A DNA stretch of 64,000 bases from an uncultured bacterium (GTDB taxonomy: Bacteria; Fidelibacterota; Marinisomatia; Marinisomatales; UBA1611): NCBI GenBank assembly GCA_943788175.1, contig CALSPG010000001.1:128001-192000 (forward strand), written 5' to 3'. The notes beneath the pieces are model-generated. The model was not told the DNA's origin and made no database searches. It saw only the letters and a program-made list of their open reading frames with translations. Of this stretch, positions 58,727 to 64,000 are shown in pieces (the first letter of the stretch is position 1; every line of letters begins with the position of its first letter). The position numbers and the translations under genes are program-made.

Positions 58727-60883
58727 ATGAAAAATGTTGAAAAAGAAATAGGCGGTAAAACGCTGACGTTGGAGACTGGAAAGATTGCTAGGCAATCTGC
58801 GGGATCTATTGTATTAACTTATGGAGAAACAGTTTTGTTAGTAGCTGTTAATGCTGCTAAAGAAGCTAGGGAAGATATAGGATATTTCCCTCTGCAAGTA
58901 GAGTATCGCGAAAAACATTACGCTAGTGGTAAAATACCTGGAGGTTTTTTCAAAAGAGAAGCTAGGCCTACTGAAGGAGAAGTTTTAACTAGTCGTTTAA
59001 CAGATAGGCCAATAAGGCCCCTGTTTCCAAAATCATTTAAAAATGAAACTCAGGTAATGGTTACTGTCCTGCAAAGTGATGGTGAAAACCTTTCTGATAC
59101 ATGGGCTGGCGTTGGAGCATCAGCTGCTCTGCTCATTTCTAATATTCCTTGGAATGGTCCTATTGCAACTGTCAGAGTAGGTCTGATTGGTTCTGATTTT
59201 GTTTTTAATCCGACTAGGGAACAACTTGGTGAATGCCTATTTGAAATGGTTGTGTCTGGTAACAAAGAAAATATTGTTATGGTTGAGGGCGAGGCTAAGG
59301 AAGTCAAAGAAGATGTAATTATTGAGGGTCTTAAATATGCTCACAAGTATATTCTTGAGATAATATCAGTTCAAGAGGACTTAGCATCAATGCTTGATAT
59401 TTCAAAAATGGACATATCTGAAGTTGCTCAAAATACTGAGTTAGATGCATTTGTTAAAGATGATTTCAGCGATAAAATTGATCAAATTGTCAAAATAACT
59501 GATAAGGTCGTCAGGAATGAATCCAAAACAGAATTAACGGAAGCAATATTATCTTCTGCTAACGAAAAATTTCCTGAACAAGAAAAAGAAATAAAATCCA
59601 TTATTGATGTGCTATTTAAAGAATCAATGAGAGAGATGATCTTATCAGACGGTGTAAGAAGCGATGGACGTGCAACAACAGATATTCGTGAAATAACAAT
59701 CGATCCTTCTATCTTAAAAAGAGTTCATGGATCCGCTTTATTTACTAGAGGAGAAACGCAAGCACTGGTTGTAACTACCCTTGGTTCAAAAAGAGATGAA
59801 ATGATAATTGATAGTATGGATGAAGATTATAAAAAGAATTATTATTTGCACTATAATTTCCCTCCATATTGTGTTGGCGAAGTTGGTCGTATTGGATTTA
59901 CAAGCAGGCGAGAGATTGGTCATGGAAATCTCGCTCAAAGGGCAATAAAGCCAGCGCTTCCAGATTATGATGATTTTCCTTACACGATTAGAATTGTTTC
60001 TGAAATAATGGAGTCAAATGGATCTTCATCCATGGCCTCTGTTTGTGGCGGTTCGATATCATTGATGTGCGCGGGTGCTCCTTTAAAAGGGCATGTTGCG
60101 GGCATCGCAATGGGTTTAATCACTGATGGAACTAGAAACGCTGTATTAAGTGATATACTTGGTTTAGAGGACCATCTTGGTGATATGGACTTTAAGATTG
60201 CAGGTACTCGAGAAGGTGTAACAGCAATCCAGCTTGACTTGAAGATTGATGGCATATCTTTTGATCTTATGACTGAAGCACTTAGTCAGGCAAATGCAGG
60301 TAGAATGCATATTCTAGATAAAATGTACGAATCTGTACCTGAGGTAAGAGAGCTATCGGAATTTGCTCCTAGAATTACCTCAATTCAGATTAACCCTGAG
60401 AAGATTGGTGCTCTAATAGGCCCTGGTGGTAAAAATATTAAAAAAATCATTGAAGATACCGAATGTGAGGTTAATGTAGATGATGATGGTATAGTTACCG
60501 TTGCAGGACAAGATGCGGCAAAATGTGAAGAAGCAATAAAGTTAGTTGAGGCGATTACATTCGAACCTGAAGTAGGTATGGAATTTGATGGCAAGGTTAC
60601 AAGGCTGATGAATTTCGGAGCATTTGTGGAGTTTGCGCCTGGTCGTGAAGGTCTCGTCCATATTTCAGAGTTAGAATGGAGCAGAGTCGATAAGGTTGAA
60701 GATGTCTGTGGACCTGGCGATGCAATGAAAATAAAACTTATGAAAATTGATGATCAAGGCAGGCTTGATTTTAGTAGAAAAGCACTACTCGAAAAGCCTG
60801 AAGGCTGGACACCACCTCCAAAGCGTGATAGAAACCAAGGTAGCAGAGATAGAGGTAGAAAACCTTTTAAAGGTAGAAGATAA
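58727..60883 (+). CDS. pnp: Polyribonucleotide nucleotidyltransferase (PNPase)
   Basis: GKIPGGFFKRE, HGSALFTRGETQ, RREIGHG, ESNGSSSMAS, GDMDFK, KH and S1 domains. Confidence 0.99.
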   Translation: MKNVEKEIGGKTLTLETGKIARQSAGSIVLTYGETVLLVAVNAAKEAREDIGYFPLQVEYREKHYASGKIPGGFFKREARPTEGEVLTSRLTDRPIRPLFPKSFKNETQVMVTVLQSDGENLSDTWAGVGASAALLISNIPWNGPIATVRVGLIGSDFVFNPTREQLGECLFEMVVSGNKENIVMVEGEAKEVKEDVIIEGLKYAHKYILEIISVQEDLASMLDISKMDISEVAQNTELDAFVKDDFSDKIDQIVKITDKVVRNESKTELTEAILSSANEKFPEQEKEIKSIIDVLFKESMREMILSDGVRSDGRATTDIREITIDPSILKRVHGSALFTRGETQALVVTTLGSKRDEMIIDSMDEDYKKNYYLHYNFPPYCVGEVGRIGFTSRREIGHGNLAQRAIKPALPDYDDFPYTIRIVSEIMESNGSSSMASVCGGSISLMCAGAPLKGHVAGIAMGLITDGTRNAVLSDILGLEDHLGDMDFKIAGTREGVTAIQLDLKIDGISFDLMTEALSQANAGRMHILDKMYESVPEVRELSEFAPRITSIQINPEKIGALIGPGGKNIKKIIEDTECEVNVDDDGIVTVAGQDAAKCEEAIKLVEAITFEPEVGMEFDGKVTRLMNFGAFVEFAPGREGLVHISELEWSRVDKVEDVCGPGDAMKIKLMKIDDQGRLDFSRKALLEKPEGWTPPPKRDRNQGSRDRGRKPFKGRR

Positions 60884-60977
60884 TTCTATTGAATAAATAA
60901 GTATGAAAACTTTAAGGTTTGACGTTTCAAATGTCGTTTTGACTTTTCAGTCCAGCCTTAAAGTGTTGTATCCTTAA

Positions 60978-62285
60978 ATGTCTCCACGTTTATCTTCTTA
61001 TTACAAACAAAGAGAGCCTTCATCAATTAGAAAGGCTCAGATTTCTTATAAATCTAGGGTAGATATATCAGAATTAGATGTCATTAATCTTGCCATCGGC
61101 AATGTTTCTCTTCCAATGCATCCTACTATGATCGCCAGAGCAGAAAACTTACTAAGTGAAGACTCTCCTTTTAAAGATGGGGTTGTACGCTATAGTTCTA
61201 GTGAAGGAACTAGCGAATGTGCTGATGCTATAATTAAATCTATTAGTGCAGAGCTAACAGTTGATTTGAGCAAAGACATTCATTGCGTTATCACTGATGG
61301 TGGATCTCAGGCTATGGAGTTAATGCTTTTAGGTATATGTGACCCGCTAAGTGATAAACCTATATTATTTATTGACCCATTATATACGAATTATAATGAA
61401 TTTTCTAAAAGACTTTCAATTTCCAGTGTTTCTTTTTACCGATCATTAAACGATGATGGATTTTTTTCTGAAATAGATATTACCCGGTTGCGTAAGCAAG
61501 TAGAAAAAAATAAACCTAATGGAATATTAATTATCCCATCCGATAATCCTACTGGGCAGCAAATTTCAAGAAAATCAATTATTGAAATTGCGCAACTTTG
61601 TGTTGAAAAGGATATCTGGTTAATTAGTGATGAGGCATATCGGAATATTTATTTTACGAATAATGGTCCATCGAGTATTTGGAATATATCTTCAGAAGAG
61701 GTGCCTGGAATAGTTGGTAGAAGGATTAGCATTGAATCTGTATCGAAAGTTTGGAATGCTTGTGGTTTGCGTATAGGTGCTTTAGTAACAGATAATGAAG
61801 ATATGTATAAAAAAGTAAGATCTGAGTACACTGCCAATCTTTGTGCAAATGTTATCGGACAATATATATTTTCATCTGTTGCAAACTTGAATCCAATAGA
61901 CATTGTTAGATGGTATAATAGTCAAAGAAATTATTATTTAAAAATAATCGATGAATTAGTATTTGGATTTAGAAAAGTGTTGCCAAGATTAATAATTTCA
62001 AAACCTCAAGCTGCAATTTACATTGTATTAGATTTTAAAAATATCGTACCAGTAAGTTTTAATATTTCAGATTTTATTGATTATTGCGCTTATTACGGTA
62101 GGTGTAATATTGACTCTAAAATTTACACTTTATTACTTGCGCCAATGACGGGGTTTTATTCTGATAGTAATACTGGAAGTAAGCAGGCAAGGATTGCATT
62201 AGTCGAACCTGAAGATAAAATGAAAATAGTACCTGAATTATTATCAAAATTATTAGATGATTTTATGCTTTATCAAAAGAGCTAA
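60978..62285 (+). CDS. PLP-dependent class I/II aminotransferase
   Basis: NLAIG, ITDGGSQA, DNPTG, ISDEAY, SVSKVWNACGLRIG. Confidence 0.92.
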   Translation: MSPRLSSYYKQREPSSIRKAQISYKSRVDISELDVINLAIGNVSLPMHPTMIARAENLLSEDSPFKDGVVRYSSSEGTSECADAIIKSISAELTVDLSKDIHCVITDGGSQAMELMLLGICDPLSDKPILFIDPLYTNYNEFSKRLSISSVSFYRSLNDDGFFSEIDITRLRKQVEKNKPNGILIIPSDNPTGQQISRKSIIEIAQLCVEKDIWLISDEAYRNIYFTNNGPSSIWNISSEEVPGIVGRRISIESVSKVWNACGLRIGALVTDNEDMYKKVRSEYTANLCANVIGQYIFSSVANLNPIDIVRWYNSQRNYYLKIIDELVFGFRKVLPRLIISKPQAAIYIVLDFKNIVPVSFNISDFIDYCAYYGRCNIDSKIYTLLLAPMTGFYSDSNTGSKQARIALVEPEDKMKIVPELLSKLLDDFMLYQKS

Positions 62286-62347
62286 TTATGCTTGCTACAA
62301 TATTTTATTGTTATTAATATAAAGTAATATGTTAAGTAGAATTAAAT

Positions 62348-62683
62348 ATGAAAAGTGAAATTAAAAAACTTTATTACTCAATTGGTGAAGTTAGTAAAAT
62401 TGTCGGTCTTAAATCTTATGTTTTACGTTACTGGGAAACAGAGTTTAAGCAATTAACTCCACCCAAAAACAGGGCCGGAAATAGAACTTATCGTCAAAAA
62501 GATATTGATATTATTTTAGAGATTAAAAATTTGCTTCATGGTAAAAAATTTACTATTGAGGGAGCTAGAGCTGCTTTTTCATCAAAAGTAATTAAACAAG
62601 ACCAATCTGAGGTCATTAATTCTAAGGTAATAACCAGTTTAAAAAATGAACTGCATACTATATTGCAAATTATTAAAAAATAA
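62348..62683 (+). CDS. MerR-family HTH transcriptional regulator
   Basis: YYSIGEVS..VLRYWETEF..P.K..GNR.Y..FTIEGA; adjacent to tRNA-Pro(GGG). Confidence 0.93.
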   Translation: MKSEIKKLYYSIGEVSKIVGLKSYVLRYWETEFKQLTPPKNRAGNRTYRQKDIDIILEIKNLLHGKKFTIEGARAAFSSKVIKQDQSEVINSKVITSLKNELHTILQIIKK

Positions 62684-62685
62684 AT

Positions 62686-62759
62686 CGGAGCGTGGCGTAG
62701 TCCGGTAGCGCACTGCAATGGGGTTGCAGGGGTCGCAGGTTCAAATCCTGTCGCTCCGA
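62686..62759 (+). tRNA. tRNA-Pro (GGG)
   Basis: CGGAGCG/CGCTCCG acceptor stem, CTGCA-AT-GGG-GT-TGCAG anticodon arm, GGTTCAAATCC. Confidence 0.96.
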
Positions 62760-62781
62760 CTAGTCAGCACGTAAAAATTTT

Positions 62782-63534
62782 ATGAATCCTACATTTCTTA
62801 TTGTTAGTTGTTTATTTATAGTGTTCCTTACTATTTCTTATTTTCTTAAAATTTTAAGAATTTCTACTCCACTATTTCTAATATATTTTGTTTTTTGCAT
62901 TAGTTATATTGTTAATCAGGGCTCAGAAAATATCGATCAACAAAACTATACTTATGATAAACAGGTCCTTAATAATGATAATCCTGAATTCTTTAAAAAA
63001 ACGAAGCAAACAAAGAAATTAAAGAACTCTAACGCTAAAACAATGCCCATTGTTTCTTTCACTCCAAAACCAATTATTATTGACTCTAATATTATTTTTA
63101 AAAAGAATATAGAAAAATCCAAAAAAAATAATAAGAGCAATAGTTTAATTAGTGTTGATGTTAGTAGTGATGATAATATTAAGAAAGTTTCTACCCTGGA
63201 TGTAAAAGAAATTATTGTTTGCAGAGGGGTTTACAAAAGAAATCCAATTAAACCAGGTTTTGAGTTTACCAATAATGTCGATTCCTTGTTTTGTTATTCA
63301 AAAATTTCAAATAGTGGTTCTAAAAAAGAAATAAAGCACAATTGGTATTTTAAGGATAAAATAGTTACCACAGTTGTTTATAATATTAAAACTTCTTATA
63401 ACTATAGGTCTTGGAGCAGAAAAACTATTCTTCCTACTCAAATTGGTAATTGGAGAGTAGAAATAGTAGACGAAAATGATGAATTACTAGCATCTACGAA
63501 CTTTTCTATCTCATTATTAAATGATGTGTATTAA
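62782..63534 (+). CDS. Membrane protein with C-terminal DUF2914-like domain
   Basis: Two N-terminal TM segments; C-terminal CYS..HNWY..YRSWS.K..GNWRVEI. Confidence 0.7.
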   Translation: MNPTFLIVSCLFIVFLTISYFLKILRISTPLFLIYFVFCISYIVNQGSENIDQQNYTYDKQVLNNDNPEFFKKTKQTKKLKNSNAKTMPIVSFTPKPIIIDSNIIFKKNIEKSKKNNKSNSLISVDVSSDDNIKKVSTLDVKEIIVCRGVYKRNPIKPGFEFTNNVDSLFCYSKISNSGSKKEIKHNWYFKDKIVTTVVYNIKTSYNYRSWSRKTILPTQIGNWRVEIVDENDELLASTNFSISLLNDVY

Positions 63535-64000
63535 AATTGCTGTAAAATTTATTTTCTTAACTTTTTTCATTTTCATAAATGCTTGTAATCGTTCTCAGTT
63601 CCGTACTGTTATTGAAATGAATTGGGATATTAAAGATAAAAATATTGGTGATGGCATTATACTTATGGAAGGTTATAATTCAGATGTCCCACTTAGAGCT
63701 TGGGCTGTTATTATTCCAAAGTCTAATAATAAAATTAAAATCTTAGTTTCAGATGATGATGATGGCTTAGAAACTCCTCAGGAAATGGCAAAAAAAACTG
63801 GGGCTGTTGTCGTTATAAACGGAGGCTATTTCTCCAGAGGGCAGTATCCTATAAGTCACGTTGGTCTTTTAAAATCTAAAAATAAATTGATTGAACCAGC
63901 AAGTGGTTCTGTTATTAGAGACAATATTCGGTATAACATTAATAGAGGAGCTCTAGGAATCATGTATGATAATACTGTTGATATTAGTTGGGCTAGTACA
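63521..64000 (+). CDS. Phosphodiester glycosidase (NAGPA/DUF2233)-family lipoprotein, truncated by the window end
   Basis: Read by hand from ATG 63521 (not in the ORF track): MMCIKIAVKFIFLTFFIFINAC lipobox, VVINGGYF, RGALGI; open to the end of the window. Confidence 0.75.
   Translation, partial: MMCIKIAVKFIFLTFFIFINACNRSQFRTVIEMNWDIKDKNIGDGIILMEGYNSDVPLRAWAVIIPKSNNKIKILVSDDDDGLETPQEMAKKTGAVVVINGGYFSRGQYPISHVGLLKSKNKLIEPASGSVIRDNIRYNINRGALGIMYDNTVDISWAST

Noticed and set aside
60909-60964. Hammerhead-like CTGAAAA..GAAAC on the minus strand
   Set aside because: The core lacks CUGANGA, GAAA does not directly follow stem II, and stems I and III cannot be formed.
47945-62780. tRNA genes as integration sites for an island or prophage
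   Set aside because: No integrase, duplicated tRNA 3' end or phage genes are seen; the flanking genes are housekeeping.
1132-63140. Numerous 60-160 aa antisense or overlapping ORFs in the track (e.g. 2394-2789, 4161-4640, 31796-32242, 47151-47489)
   Set aside because: They lie within well-supported genes, have Ser/Ile/Phe-rich antisense-shadow composition and show no motifs.
1-64000. CRISPR arrays, IS elements, rRNA, recognisable riboswitches, alternative genetic code
   Set aside because: None seen by eye; TGA, TAA and TAG all terminate conserved genes at expected positions.

Overview
AT-rich bacterial chromosomal segment (roughly 30% GC by eye, not computed), standard genetic code. The LPS genes (waaA, GT9), gene order and protein style suggest a marine diderm FCB-group organism, most likely Marinimicrobia; this taxonomic call is inference. 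Most of the window is housekeeping: hutH-guaB, rpsT, meaB-tatC-prenyltransferase-GT9-waaA-ftsY-rimO, SRP RNA-dnaX-ybaB-recR-pgsA-pgpA-cinA-thpR-recA-recX, fadD-gpsA, rimP-nusA-infB-rbfA-truB-ribF-rpsO-pnp and three tRNAs. The accessory stretch at about 11.6-40 kb holds the most unusual content. (1) A NOX5-like protein keeps four EF-hands and the dehydrogenase fold but has lost the heme-binding helices TM1-5, and its FAD/NADPH motifs are degenerate. (2) Divergent from it lie a eukaryote-like cystathionine beta-synthase core and a GH1 beta-glucosidase fused to a TlpA thioredoxin. (3) The neighbours are a MATCAP-like/QEGLA metallopeptidase and an Hsp20 with a sigma54-type promoter. Other notable items are a Bacillus-type large (Alu-containing) SRP RNA, an unannotated candidate sRNA of about 90 nt with its own promoter and terminator next to tRNA-Leu, and three +1 frameshifts (rimO, GH1 N-terminus, thpR) that are probably sequencing or assembly errors. 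No CRISPR array, integrase, transposase or prophage gene was recognised. All homology statements come from recalled motifs; no database search was run.
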